Of a stretch of 64,000 bases of DNA, positions 41,808 to 55,097 are shown one piece after another (the stretch's first letter is position 1; every line of letters starts with the position of its first letter). Both the position numbers and the translations under genes were made by a program. The notes under the pieces were generated by a model. It searched no databases, was not told the origin of the DNA, and worked only from the letters and a program-made list of their open reading frames with translations. The DNA comes from Albugo candida (taxonomy: Eukaryota): positions 558,001 to 622,000 of the forward strand of contig JBDOQK010000010.1 of the NCBI GenBank assembly GCA_040437565.1, written 5' to 3'.

Positions 41808-42129
41808 ATGAACGATTAATGTTATGCAATTCCTCCAAATTGATTTTGATTCTGAAGCACTTTTACAGGATGTTGGAGAATGATGACACGTGTCGGAGCT
41901 GTAGCCATACTACGTATACATGTATACCCCAATGTATCACCGGACACGCTTGAAGAACAGGATTTCAATGGCATATTATTGACCAATTATATCAATCTTA
42001 TTGCAAATGCGCGATATTCCAGCAGCGATAGTGCGCAATGTCAATTACAAGATCATATGTCCGTTTATATGGGAGCATGCTTCGTGACACACCGACATCA
42101 ACGATCGGGTCGCAAGCTGTCGCTTCCAT

Positions 42130-42919
42130 AGACTATCTATGTATGGCAGGCCGCTACAATGTTTTCTGGAGTCATGTGTCGGTACTTTTCATCAAGGTGG
42201 AGAATTGCTCGATGCTGCAAAATGTTTATCTTGAAGATTGAACCCGGTGTCTTCTTGCATACTGCGTGTGACCCACATGTATCCGTTCGTCCCAATGATA
42301 ACATCGATGTTCAGATCCTCCCCAAGTGTGATCATATGCTGCTTCATCCGTTTCACCAATGCGGGGGAAACGCAAACAAGTTGCCCATTCTCTAGTTTTC
42401 CATAACGCAAGCTACGAGTGTGCAGAGTTAGCGTACCATCGTACCGAACTTCCTGAATCTCAGCACTGATGAGATCATTTTCTAGGAAAAAGTTTCGCAT
42501 CTGCAGTTGATCTTCATATGTTCTTCTCCGCTGTGTCCCGCCCGGAAGATATACAGCACCTGGAAGTAGCAATGCGTGATGTTGGCCATTCACATCGATT
42601 TCCAGCGTTTATTCCCCACTTCTACGACTCGACCGACCACAATGTCCCCGACTTCTCCAGAGTATCGTGATGCGATTGGCCGAACGGATATGAGTTGATT
42701 CACTCTGTCTACGACACCAGCAACACTGGCAATTAGTTCTTGATTACCAAAGTACGCTCCGTGCCCTCGTAAAAAAGCTCCACTTGCGCTATCGATCACT
42801 TGGCCAGGTAGCACAATTCCGATATGCTCGTCGGTAGGCTCTATTTCACACGCTTCATTAACCACGTATTCATGTTGCGCGCTGGCACTTGCTTGTCGCA
42901 ATCGGGTGGTGATGTCCAT
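42130..42919 (-). CDS. RRP4: Exosome cap subunit Rrp4/EXOSC2, frameshifted in this sequence
   Basis: FLRGHG, ASVAGVVDRVNQLISVRP, YSGEVGDIVVGRV, RRRTYEDQLQMR, LHTRSLRYGKL, IIGTNGYMW; frame break at ~42600. Confidence 0.9.
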
Positions 42920-43019
42920 TTATTAGGCGTGATTGACCTAGCGTGGTCGACATTATTATAATCGCTTTGCAGATACAGTCAAAATGGTGAAGAATAAAAG
43001 CGATAATCAAGGAGTATAT

Positions 43020-44288
43020 TCAAGATGTTTGTAGATTCGATACATTCTTGCTTGAAAAAGGTGCGTCATGGGCTACTCGCGGAATATTGACTGTGTGAAT
43101 TACTTTGTAAGCTTCATTTGGGCCAGCATCTACAACAACAAATTGAGCTGTAATCTCTTTTTTTGTAAACGACAATGCAAGAAATCCATAAGAAAGTTTT
43201 TCTTCTTCCTGTTGCCAAAGGAAGGCATTTTCGGAATTTTTCGTGCCACGACTCAAGGCCCTAGCTTTTATTCCACCTCCATTTCCGGATGTGAGATAAG
43301 TAGTATACTCGTACTTATGGTAAGCCATCGTGTGATCGTGGCCATTGAGCGATAAGGTGATACCGCATTCTTTGAAAAGGTTGAGCCAACGCTTTTGTTT
43401 TTCCACGTCCATGTGCATTAGCACGTTATAATGTGAGACCAGCACTTTGTAGTCCGCTTTAGAAACGCAAGCTTTCGCTTCTACCATTTCGAATGATTTG
43501 TCTTCCCAGTTGTTCAGATGATCAACGCACGCCTTCACAACATCAGGTTTAGCTGTGCACGTTTTCTCTCCCGTCTTTGGACTTTGACAACTTCTCCAAT
43601 TATTCGGCACCGGTTCGCACTGGCAGCAAATACTCCTCCTGCTCTTAATTGAGTTCATGTCCACATAGTACAGGTCAACAACAAGGTCATCATTGGTGAA
43701 TGTCTCTGTATAAAAATTTTTTTTCGCATGCCAGAGTTTATTTTCTTTAGCGTAGCCTGTTTGTGCTTCTGCCATATCGTTGAGCGCTTCGATTACCTTC
43801 TCTTTAGTGTCGCATGTTATCCTTTCCAATGTGAATTTATCGTCATCTACATCCACATCTGCACCTACATCTACAATTACCTTTTGAATGCACAAAGGCG
43901 CCCCCTGACCAAAATCGTGGTTTCCATAAACACCACTCCACTCGATCACTTCTTTATGCAGCTCCTTGTAGACTTCTACATAGCTCACTTCCAACCGTTC
44001 GGTACGGTTAAATGTTCTCACTCCGTAAGGGTAAAAACTGTCTCCCAAATCCAAAACATGACATGCGCCATGTTTTTCGGTCCACGAATTCATGATAGCC
44101 GCCACAGACTTTTGATTCTGTATCATATATGTACCATCATCCGGGGCGCCCCAATCGCCCAGTGCCATCACATTGATCTCACCTTGCCGGTTTCGACTCG
44201 ATTTATCATAATAAGAATGGGTGAAGCTTAAAACGATAAGGGTCTCATATATAGCGACCACAGATAGAATTGCCATGTACCTGACCAT
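43020..44288 (-). CDS. Secreted PAP-like metallophosphoesterase (intact)
   Basis: 422 aa; ALGDWG, GDSFY, GNHD, VSHY, GHDH, TSGNGGG; hydrophobic N-terminus. Confidence 0.9.
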   Translation of the reverse strand: MVRYMAILSVVAIYETLIVLSFTHSYYDKSSRNRQGEINVMALGDWGAPDDGTYMIQNQKSVAAIMNSWTEKHGACHVLDLGDSFYPYGVRTFNRTERLEVSYVEVYKELHKEVIEWSGVYGNHDFGQGAPLCIQKVIVDVGADVDVDDDKFTLERITCDTKEKVIEALNDMAEAQTGYAKENKLWHAKKNFYTETFTNDDLVVDLYYVDMNSIKSRRSICCQCEPVPNNWRSCQSPKTGEKTCTAKPDVVKACVDHLNNWEDKSFEMVEAKACVSKADYKVLVSHYNVLMHMDVEKQKRWLNLFKECGITLSLNGHDHTMAYHKYEYTTYLTSGNGGGIKARALSRGTKNSENAFLWQQEEEKLSYGFLALSFTKKEITAQFVVVDAGPNEAYKVIHTVNIPRVAHDAPFSSKNVSNLQTS

Positions 44289-45449
44289 ATTTGCAATGGT
44301 TGAGAAAAACTGAAATATATGAGATGAGATCTCGAATGATCAGAAGGCGCAAATCTTGCCATCCTACGCCCCACGAAAGCCCATCAGTTCAATTTTTAAG
44401 ATGATTAAGTTTTTTTAAAATCGGAATAGCGTTCCGAGATTTGATTGGGTATTACATGCTGCTTTTTCTACAATAGAAATGTACCGTTTGACTCGAACAT
44501 TCGTGTCTCATCATCTGAGAATCAAAATGAAGGCTTGGAGTAGCTGATTACTAGATGCCTGAGAGCCATTGAAGACCGGCATGAGATAAGAACTCTATAA
44601 ACGCTCTATTCATCGCCCTATTACGTTACCGGGGATGTATGTCATCAATTGCTTCTAGAATGACTTCGACATCTGACCGAAGTGTGGTATCGTAAATTTT
44701 TCAGCTGCTTGTCGCACCAAGTGCGTAGAATTCCATATTTTTTGACAGTGATATCGAGTGCTGAGACAAAGTAAGAGCTGGCAACGCAAGAACAATTGAA
44801 TGATTAAAGAAAACGGTATGTAGTTGTGTGCTCGCAAGACAAAACGTATTCAGTTTTTGGTTTTGAGACGATTTACCGTGTCGGCTCAATCTATATTTCA
44901 ATGCTGCGCCTGAGCTGTCATGCCACATAAAGCGGGCTAACATATAGAAAAAGAGCATAATTGTTTTACGTTGAAGTGGTATTTCTAGAAGCAAAGCACA
45001 AATATAGCGTAAACACTTTCATGGAATTCTCGCACGATCCAGCCTTTTTTATTTGAAAGTTTTTCCGGAAGGTTAACTTGATCTTTCATGTTCTCCTCTA
45101 CCTGAAGAATAAACAGAACGTGTATGTCGCATTGCGTCATGAAGTAGATGAAGAACAAAATAGCTCAAGTACGGTAGGTGTAAAAAACCTTATCTGCATA
45201 TCTTTTTGCTTGACCTTTGCGCTGATAACAAGCTACAATCACGGAAGCCGTCTGTGATTTATAGCATCGAGGCTGAGAGAAGATCGATCCTCTATCTCTA
45301 CGCCTCGACCAGCCATAATGTCACCTATTTCTTCGGATTCTGTAACGCGATCGATTTGAGACGTATGTGTAAAATTACACTTTCAACGCCACCTTCAATG
45401 CTATTAAACACTCGACCGGGTGATACCTTCAGCCTTATGTCGGCAGAAT

Positions 45450-46370
45450 GTAATAATGAATAAAAGCGGAAAACATGTGTCTGCTTGAAGTAGGTTGAAA
45501 CTTGGAAACTCACAATTGAAACGGTTTCGGTATATGGGTTTCATATATTGCAAAGTGAAGTTGTAACCTACTTGGTATCCTGTGACAGGATTATCTGATT
45601 CAGTCTTTTTACCGATCAGTGTGTCATCTCTCAAAGAAACAAATTGAATTGTAACTTTCTGTTTCGGTAAACGACAAATCCGCCAATCCATACGAAAATG
45701 TTTCCTGTTTCAAAACGATGGTGTAGAATCCAGCACGCCCTCGCTCGGTTTACCCCTTCACTTTCTTGATGCGACGTAAGCTATACCACCGCACTCTTGA
45801 TATGCAATCCCGTTATTGTGGCCACTTACTGTTAGGGTGATTCTACATTCACTAAGTACCTTCAGATAAAACGATCTCGTGTCACGCCTTTTAAGGGTAG
45901 CAGCACGTCATATGAGATATCAGCGGTTTGTGATCAGCTTTCAACGAGCAAGCTTTATCATTCACCAGCCGCAATATATTATCTACCCAATCGTTCAGAA
46001 CGTCAGTACACGCCTTCAAAATTTGGATTCTACCACAAGGGGTCTTTGACGGTGAGAACCTTTCCTTTCAGTCATATATCGATACTACCCTAGCCATAGG
46101 AATGACAGCATATGTTTGAAAGACCATTCATCTTAGCCGAATTCGTATCCACAAAAAAGCGCATCAAGAACAAGTACACCCTTTTGAGCCGTTCCATAAT
46201 CGATGGTACTTTCGGATGCCGCAGGCTGTTGTATTCGGCATAGGGGTGTTGTACTGATATTTGCCAGCTAAAAGCCTATTAACCTCTTCGGCAGTTTGCA
46301 CGAAATTCTCGTTGGGTTAATGATACTTGAGATGCTGTCTAGCTTGCCATACAATCACCGCCAGCCACCC
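45450..46370 (-). pseudogene. PAP-like phosphatase pseudogene (5' truncated)
   Basis: Remnants FFVDTNS, KADHKPLISH, ITLTVSGHNNG, VTIQFV..TGYQVGYNF with stops and frameshifts. Confidence 0.75.
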
Positions 46371-46459
46371 AGTTTTCTTATTATGCATTTCTGCTCATCC
46401 ATCCATAAACTCACTATCTTCCGAGCCAAAACATTCTCTAGTATCTCTCCATTTCGGTA

Positions 46460-47233
46460 TAAGATGTCATGCTTCAATGTATCCTGTACCGACTCAACAG
46501 CAGCAATTTTGTCCCGTTCCCATCGTTTCTTCTCTGCAAGTAAGTTTTGCTCCAAATAGCCCATATGCTTGACTTGTTGCTCCATGATATGTCGTGTTTG
46601 AGCTTCCTGCTCAGCAATTGTAGCAAGCATTTCCTGCTTCTCAATTCCAACTTTGTTCAAAGCAAGAATTTGTGCCTATTTTTCGGCAAGAACGGAAGTA
46701 AGATTGTCATGACTTGACAGGATTTCTCCATAAAGCTGCTTACACTCTTCTTCCCTGCAAACAGACAAGCTATGAAAGAAAAGTGCGATCAGATCGACAG
46801 CTTGGCTGCTTGAGGGTTTGCCATTATGAAATGTATCAGCTCTTCAATGTTTTCAATGTTGATGGTTCTCAATCACACCGTCGAGGATTTCTCTGTTGCT
46901 AGTCTTCCTAATTTGGAGGAAAAGCGCTCATCTGCTATCATCCCCCAGCCTGCAATATTTCCAATAGCGAGCGATTCATTCTTGTGATTTTTCGTATTTT
47001 TCCATAACATCTTCTAAGCGTTTGGCACGATATGCCAAAACTCGTTCTCGAGCTTGAATCTGTGATTGCATAAGTTCTTTCGCCTCGCGCAGCTCCTTAT
47101 TCATATCAGCATTTGCTCGTTTAAGAACCTCAAGCTCATCTTTTGCAGTCATAAGCTCGTCTTCGAGTCTCTGGTCGTTGAAAATGTGTTGGGAGATCGT
47201 TTTGAACTTTTCCATTGCATCTGCGGCCGACCC
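46460..47233 (-). pseudogene. Truncated, frameshifted duplicate of the coiled-coil gene
   Basis: Diverged copy of 40915-41488 with a 1-nt deletion near 46980 and a premature stop; similarity ends at ~46460. Confidence 0.75.
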
Positions 47234-47333
47234 NNNNNNNNNNNNNNNNNNNNNNNNNNNNNNNNNNNNNNNNNNNNNNNNNNNNNNNNNNNNNNNNNNN
47301 NNNNNNNNNNNNNNNNNNNNNNNNNNNNNNNNN

Positions 47334-47639
47334 TGCCAAAACTCGTTCTCGAGCTTGAATCTGTGATTGCATAAGTTCTTTCGCCTCGCGCAGCTCCTTA
47401 TTCATATCAGCATTTGCTCGTTTAAGAACCTCAAGCTCATCTTTTGCAGTCATAAGCTCGTCTTCGAGTCTCTGGTCGTTGAAAATGTGTTGGGAGATCG
47501 TTTTGAACTTTTCCATTGCATCTGCGGCCGACCCGAAAAAGTCAGACGCTTTTTTGGACACAATCATTCGGACAGTCTGTAGAGTCAGATAATCGCCCGA
47601 GCTACGACAATGGACAAAGCTAACCAGAAACCAACTCAT
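47334..47639 (-). CDS. 5' part of the coiled-coil (CFAP157-like) gene; start uncertain
   Basis: ...QIQARERVLA continues into YRAKRLEDV of 40186-41488; contig edge tgccaaaactcgt equals 41476-41488. Confidence 0.55.
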
Positions 47640-47913
47640 TCGCTGGTTATTTCAACTCTCGACAAGCGTTTTTACGATGGGTTCGGTGTAAGCGACGAGA
47701 TGATAGTAATGCATCGCGAATGATGGAAAGGAAGATGATCATATAGAAAATCTTTCAAAAACCAGTTCTTCACCTAATCTTCTTTGATAGCCTTGCCACT
47801 TATTAACATTTTATGTGACAAGGTCTTCCTAGCTGCAAAAGCTCGCTAATTTTAGATACCGATTCTATTATATATAGAAAGCAGCATCAATCCGATAAAC
47901 CGCGGACCGCTAG

Positions 47914-48989
47914 CTACAACTCATCTTTAGACGCTTTCTTGCTTTTCTTTTTCTTTCGTCTACTTCTTCCCTTGCGGTGACGTTTTTTGGGCTTTTCTTC
48001 AGCTTTCTTGAAAACTCGTTTTTGTTCCTTCTCCGCTTTGATAATTCCGTCCATAATATCGCTCACATCTTCGTTGTCGTCCTCTAGAAGGACAACATTC
48101 TCCGTTTCAATCTCATCAAAACTGCATTCGTCCCGCAGTTCAGAAACAACGCCGATTGCGGACGTTCCAATTCGGCCTGTAATCACTCCTTTCAGTAAGT
48201 CTTGAAGGTTTTCAGCCTCAAACACGCCAATCATTGTCGCAAATCGTTGTTTCGACAGAGAATATACCGCAATCGTTGGCATTTGGTACAATCCAACTTC
48301 AAAAGCTTCAGCAAAGTCTTTCTGACATTTACCGTTCGACCACATAAACACAAACGGCTCCTTTTGCTGCTTGCTGGAGATGGCTACTTTTGTAAACGTG
48401 TCCATGTACTTGCTCAGCGTCGACTCCGGGTTTGACAGTGTGTCAATGTGGTTGCCAAAGAAACCGATAACGCAGATCTTGGAGCCGTCACAAAGCTTTT
48501 TCTGGTTTTCTTTGGTCAGATAAGGAATTATATCAGAGGATGAGACACCACTGAGGTCTTCAACATCTGTATCTCCAGCTTTGAGCGATTGACTCGTGTA
48601 TCCAGGATATTTGTGAAGCACTGATAGCAGAAATCGGATAATGTTAAAGTAATTGTAAGTCCCTGCTTGCCTTTTATCATAACCGATCAAAAATGTTTTC
48701 TTCTCTGACTCGGGCTGATCAGGGACGCTCGATTTGTCAGTAACAAAGCACACAAGAGATGTCTTTTGCTTTGGTGGAATACCGTACCGTGCCTTGCTTT
48801 CCTTCTCGATTTTGACAGCTGCTGCAAACGCAACATTGTGACCAGGAAGCGCTACTGATACAGCACGTATAATGGCGGAAACTTTTTCATTTTCAGTAAA
48901 GAACAAGACTGGCAAAGCATTGTCTGTTTCAGCTTGCTGAGCAAAGCGACTGATCTCCAATGCTGAATGTAACACCTCCACCACGTGAG
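47914..48989 (-). CDS. ER-resident thioredoxin-fold/PDI-like protein, C-terminal part
   Basis: Trx-like segments (KICVIGFF..PFVFMW..QKDFAEAFEV..MPTIAVY), acidic then basic tail ending in KDEL; 5' end in gap. Confidence 0.75.
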
Positions 48990-49128
48990 NNNNNNNNNNN
49001 NNNNNNNNNNNNNNNNNNNNNNNNNNNNNNNNNNNNNNNNNNNNNNNNNNNNNNNNNNNNNNNNNNNNNNNNNNNNNNNNNNNNNNNNNAAAATGAAAAA
49101 GAATAAAAGCGATGATTAATGAGTATAT

Positions 49129-50460
49129 TCAAGATGATTGGAGATTCGATACACTCTTGCTTGAAGAAGATGCTTCGTCAATTATTCGCGGAATTTTGAC
49201 TGTCTCAATTACTTTATAACCATCCTGTGAGCCAGCATCTACAACAACAAATTCAGCTGTAATCTCTGTTTTGGTAAAAGACAATCCAATAAATCCAAAA
49301 GATGTTGAGTCTATCAATTTGAAGTTTTTTGTCGCGGCCTTTTCCATCTTTTTTCTACCTTTATCCTTTTCAAGCTTAGTTCCACCTCCATTTCCACTTG
49401 TGAGATAAGTAGTAGAGCCGAGTTGATCCATAGCCATCAGGTGAGTGTGGCCATTTAAGTATAAGGAGATTTTGCATTTTTCAAAAAGTTCGATCCAACG
49501 CTCTCGTTTGTTGGCATCCATGTCCGTTATCACGTTATAATGTGAGACCACCACTTTGTGGTCCGCTTTAGAATTGCAAGCTTCCTTTACCATTTCATAT
49601 GATGCTTGTTCCCACTCATCCAAATGTTTAATGCATGCCTCCACAACATCAGATTTAGTCTTACATTTTTGCATAGATTCTAATGCTTCTTTGTCATAAG
49701 TTTGACACCCGTTATCCTTCACTAGCCCCGATTTGCACTGGCAGCAGATACTAGCCGCCCTCGTGGTCTTGACCGAGTTCATGTCCACGAAGAACACGTC
49801 AACAACAAGATCATCCTTGATTAATCTCTTCTTATGATACTTTTCTTTCGGATGCCATTGTGGATGCTTGTAGGTTTTTTGTCCTTCTACCCTTCGGTCG
49901 AGCGCCTCAATCACCTCATCTGCAGTTTCGCACGGTCTGCTAGTTTCTTCCGTTATGTCATCAAAGCACAAGTAGCGTGTGGCACCAACATCATGATTTC
50001 CAAAACACCCATACCACATTATGTTCTGCTCATGCAATCCCTTGTAAGGTATGTCATAGCTGAATTTCATTCGAGTCCCCGCGCGCAGTGGTGTCACTCC
50101 GCTGGGGTACATACTGTCTCCCACATCAAAAACATATTTTACGTCATATCTTTTGGACCACTTAGTCATGATAGTCGCCACAGACTTTTGATTTTTTACC
50201 ATTTCATCGTTTTTATCGTCGGTCATTTCGGCGCCCCAATCGCCCAGTGCGATCACATTGATCCGATTCGACTGGCTCTCCCTCGATTTACCATAAGTCG
50301 AATGGGTGAAGCTTGAGGGGGTAACGCTCGATTCAGCATATATCGAGTGGGTCTGAGTGGAATTAGTAAAGGTCGGATGGGTTGGTGAGATCGGCGGGGT
50401 GTGGGCCGCTTGGATGTCAGATAAAGCCACCGCAGATAGAATTGACGTGTACCTGACCAT
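49129..50460 (-). CDS. Secreted PAP-like metallophosphoesterase (intact)
   Basis: 443 aa; ALGDWG, GDSMY, GNHD, VSHY, GHTH; T/P/S-rich linker after the leader. Confidence 0.9.
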   Translation of the reverse strand: MVRYTSILSAVALSDIQAAHTPPISPTHPTFTNSTQTHSIYAESSVTPSSFTHSTYGKSRESQSNRINVIALGDWGAEMTDDKNDEMVKNQKSVATIMTKWSKRYDVKYVFDVGDSMYPSGVTPLRAGTRMKFSYDIPYKGLHEQNIMWYGCFGNHDVGATRYLCFDDITEETSRPCETADEVIEALDRRVEGQKTYKHPQWHPKEKYHKKRLIKDDLVVDVFFVDMNSVKTTRAASICCQCKSGLVKDNGCQTYDKEALESMQKCKTKSDVVEACIKHLDEWEQASYEMVKEACNSKADHKVVVSHYNVITDMDANKRERWIELFEKCKISLYLNGHTHLMAMDQLGSTTYLTSGNGGGTKLEKDKGRKKMEKAATKNFKLIDSTSFGFIGLSFTKTEITAEFVVVDAGSQDGYKVIETVKIPRIIDEASSSSKSVSNLQSS

Positions 50461-51619
50461 ACTTGCGCTTGTTGCGAGAAATTGAAATGTGAGCTGAGAT
50501 CACGAATGATCAGAATGCGCAAATCTTGCCATCCTACGCCTCATGCAAGCCCATCAGACACAAATTTCGGATGATTATAATTCTTCAAAATCGGAATAGC
50601 GTTCCGAGATTTGATTGGGTGTTATATAATTCGAATACTGCTTTTTCTACAATAGAAATGTATTGTTTGACTCGAGCAATCATGTCGCGTCATTTTAGAC
50701 TGAAGGATCTAAGTTTCTGAATACTAGATACCTGAGAGGCATTTGTAGGACACCACAATATGAGATGTCTGAAAACGATCTCTTTTTCGCCCTATTACGC
50801 TGCTAGTGATGTATGTGATCAATTGCTTCTGCCTGCTGAGGATTCGGGACATATTTGAGTGACTGCGACATCTGACCGAAGTGTGGGATCGTAAATTTTT
50901 CAGCTTCTTGTCGCACCAAGTACGTAAGATTGGCTGTGGTATCGAGTGCTGTGACAAAGGAAGAGCTTGCAGCGCAGGAAAATTGAATTGGTAAGAAAAA
51001 ATTACATGTAGTCGTGTGCTGCGCAAGACACAGCGTATATAGTTCTTGTCGCTTAATATTGTGCCATTCGATACTAGGCAACGAATGGGACGATCTACCA
51101 TATTGGCCAATCTATCTCAATGCTCCACCTAAGCTGTCATGTCACAAAAAGTGAGCTAAAATGTAGAAAGGCAGCATACAATTGTTCTTGTCCGTCTCGT
51201 CTAGTCAACAGATAGCTAAGTTTAAAGAAAACTTCTAGAAGCAAAGCGCAGATATACCGTAAGCACTTACATGGAATTTTCGCACGATTCAGTCTTTTTA
51301 TTGGATACTTTCTTCGGAAGGTTCACTTGATCCTTTTATGTTCTCCTTTACCTGAAGAATAAACAGGACGTGTATGTCGCAATTGCGCCATGTTGGCGAT
51401 TCATATCGATTCCTTATCATTTCTTCTCTATCTCCACGCCTCGACCACCAACAAGGTCACCTACTTCTTCGGCTTCCGTAACGCGATCGATGTAAGAGAT
51501 ATCCTTTTATTTAGACACTTCAACGGGTGATAACTTTAGCCGCACGTTGGCAGACTTAACATCGGCTCTAGCACATGAGACACAATTTTGCAATACTAAG
51601 AAGCCATACTCGATAGAGT

Positions 51620-52712
51620 AAAAATGCAATAATAAATACAAGCGGAAAACATATTCTGCCCAGAGTAGGTTGAACTTGGAAACTCACAATTAAAACGATT
51701 TCGCTCTGTGGGCTTCATCTTTTGCAAAGTGAATATGCGGCCTACTTGATATCCCGTGACTTGAATATCTGATTCAGTCTTCGCGATCGTTGTGTCATCT
51801 TTCGAAGTAACATATTGAACTGGAACTCTTTTTTGCGGTAGAAGACAACGTCGTGAATCCATACAAACATGTCTCCTGTTTCCAAACTGTGGTTCACATG
51901 GTAGGATTGAGAACGACCTCGTTAAAGTAAATATACCACCGCACTCTTGATATGCAATCCCGTGAGTGTGGTCACTTAGTGATGTGATGATTTTACATTC
52001 AATAAGTGCCTTGGGCCAAAACGATCTCGTTTCAAGCCTTCTAAGTGCAGCAGCGCGTCGTAATGAGAGATCAGCGGTTTGTGATCAACTTTGACGAGCA
52101 GGCTTTATCATTCACCAGTCGCAATGAATTTTCTTCCTTATCGTCCAGAAAGTCACTCCACGGCTTCATAATATCGATTCTACTACTGGCACATCGAGGA
52201 TCTTCGACGGTGACATCCTTTTCTTTCAGTCATATATACCACCCTAGCCATCGCACGGACAGCATATGTTTGCGACTCCAATGATTTCAGCCGAGTTCAT
52301 ATCCACAAAAAACACATCAAGAATAAGTTCACTCTTGTGTGCGTTTCCAGGTACGATGGTTCTTTTGGATGCCACAGGCTGTTGTATTCGACATAGGAAC
52401 GTTCTGCTGTTCACCCCTCAGTAGTTTTAGGCAGAATTTACTTGGATTACGGTACTTATGATGCTGTCTAGCTTGTTGCACAATTACTTCCACCAGCAAC
52501 ATAGCGATTTCCAAGAACCCCCATCGCCACCTAGCTTTCTGATCATACACTATCATTTGATTCGCATTTAAGTATGAATTGTCCACGATCCATCACATCA
52601 AAATAGTCGCAATATTCGACTCAAAGACCGATGGTGACTGCCACAACAGGTTGCGTTGCGACACACTTTATTTGTAGTTGGGCACCCGGATCGCCTAGTG
52701 CCATCACATCAA
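51620..52712 (-). pseudogene. PAP-like phosphatase pseudogene
   Basis: VMALGDPGA at ~52680-52710, FFVDMNS at ~52290-52312, KVDHKPLISHY, 3' VQYV..TGYQVG; many disruptions. Confidence 0.75.
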
Positions 52713-55097
52713 CCTTTGATCAAAGGTCGACTCGGTCTCAGCCAAATAGCTTCAAGCGACCAGTGATATAATTTACAGATACCTGCCACGTGTCTGATTC
52801 TTGTCAACATTATATTGCGAGCTGAAACAGCGACTTTGATAAAACATAAGTGCTTGAAACATGCTCGGCCTTTACAGAAGCCTAATCGCAAAGTTTCCTT
52901 CGAGCATCAGCTGAAATGTTCGCGAAATATGCACATGCGTTCATTCTTGTCAGACAAACCGGTGCTAAAGGAGTGAGCGTTTTGTGTATATAACTAGTAG
53001 TAACTCAGAGCTTTATGAATCCATACTCCTCATGAAATAGAAGCGTCTACTTCATGTATTCGTCGAATCAAAGCATGCAGTACTTATTTCTGATTACTTT
53101 GAGACTGGTGAAAGTCGATCAGCATCTGTGGCACATCTTGTTTCACAGTCCACCATTGAACATGTAAAGCATCGTGTAAGACGCCTAAGTAGCCATATGA
53201 AACAACACAGCTTGCAGCAGACGGGACGGGGAGTGGTTGCTGGCAGCTGAGTTGTGGGGCAAACTCAGATAGTTAAGATAGTTCCTGCTGAATGAGGTTG
53301 CGATCATACTAGAATTCCACGTTTCCGCTGTGCGAGCTTTAATAAATCGCCAAATGTTTACGGTTTAAGCTGGTGAACTGAATTTGGTAGTCCCTTCGTA
53401 TCTGAAGATGAAATGCTCCCTCCGTCTGTGCTTGATCACCTCCATCACCTCGGTCACTTCAAAAGAAGCGAGCTGAAATGCGGGGTCGCTCATTTGGTTC
53501 GAGGGTAGTTCAAATAGAATCGGAGACATTTAATTTGGGCACGTGGATCTGCTGTGTCGATCCTTAAGCTCATGAGATAACTAATGTCACTGGGTCACAT
53601 ATTCTGTAACTTACTACCTATGCCTTATAAAGGCAAGGACATCTGTGCATGTTATTCTCGATGAGCAGGTGAAAAGAAAGCCAGATGCAATTGAAAGCTA
53701 GAATCTGTACACATGGACTCGGTGTCTCCACGCAGGCAAACTAAATCATAATACTCATGGACGTATGATCTGAGCGGGTTCTTTACAAATACACGAATTG
53801 CTTGTGTCGAAGCAGTCATCATTTTCTAATGTTTATTCTTTCAGTTCTATTGGTGTCTCATGTCACTTCTCACAACACCAAGAGATGATGACAACACCCT
53901 CGCAAACTATCTTTTAGATCGCAAACTATCTTGTTACGTAAGCGACAAAAATGATGAAATGGACGTGGTATCATTATGGATATGCATTTTTATGGTTAGC
54001 GCTCGTCTCTCCTTCCGTGTATTTTCATCGATATGCTTAACATCTTATTCAGTGAGCTTTTTCTCCTCAAGAGCTGAGCAAACATGCTGCCAAATATTCT
54101 GAGAGGCTACTCAGCGATGCCCCAAGCAATTAGCCTTTCGTTGTAGTCCTAGCTAGCACAGTCGGCTCAATCATTGCTCACGTATTCCACGTTGACTACT
54201 GGTTAGTTTTACAAACGTGAGGCTTAATTTCAAAATCTCGTAAACTTGTCACTTCCAGACGCATGCGCATTGGCGTATACCAAAGCACTCGTCCAATCTT
54301 TGTAAGAATAGGTGTACAATATCCTATTGGCCTCATTACTTGTACTTGTACGTCTCAAGTAGTACTAAAAAAAGCTATACTTTAAGCTTGTTGAATAGTT
54401 TCGCAATGATTTCCTGCAGTTTACTATCACAATGATGGCACAAGAATCTCATTCGGTAAGCGGACATCATCCGACTTTCTTCCACCTGAAACGCAAAATA
54501 AGGGAGTCTTCTTTCATCAGTAAAAGGCTTCCAATGTCAACTTTGGTATTGAGCATTCTTACGAGTTCCTTACCACATGAATTGTAGATAAAAGAATCTG
54601 TTTGCCGTTCGATTGCACTTGACAATCTAGACCTCACTAAGATCATGTCAAGCAACTTGATTCATATCGTTCCGATTGACTCTAAAAAAACACCTTGGTG
54701 AATATTCTTAGCCCGTTCGAGTAGAATGTACTCGTTCCCAACCTCACACAGGGGACATGTAGACATGGCTCTCGACTAATCTGAACGTGTAGCTGATCTT
54801 TGTCTTCGAAGAACGCAAAAACGCAAAATCGTCTAGAAAACGTGGAACTACATGGTGCTCAATCCTCGAGACTGTATTTCTATGCTTTGGTCGCTCACAG
54901 AGTTAAACCAGGAAGCAGGCGAATGAGTGAGGGATGCAGCATCAGTACGTGAGGTTGGGCCTTCACATGTTTCTTACTTGGCACGAGAAAATACTTGAGC
55001 TAAATCCAGTGTTATGCGCATTATGAAATCGAAAAACATGACAAAATGTGAGCGACAATCAAAACAGTGTATTCAAGATAGCCGTTAGAGTAAGCAA

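Noticed and set aside
52750-55050. Possible decayed gene in the long intergenic stretch
   Set aside because: No recognisable motif or sustained ORF on either strand
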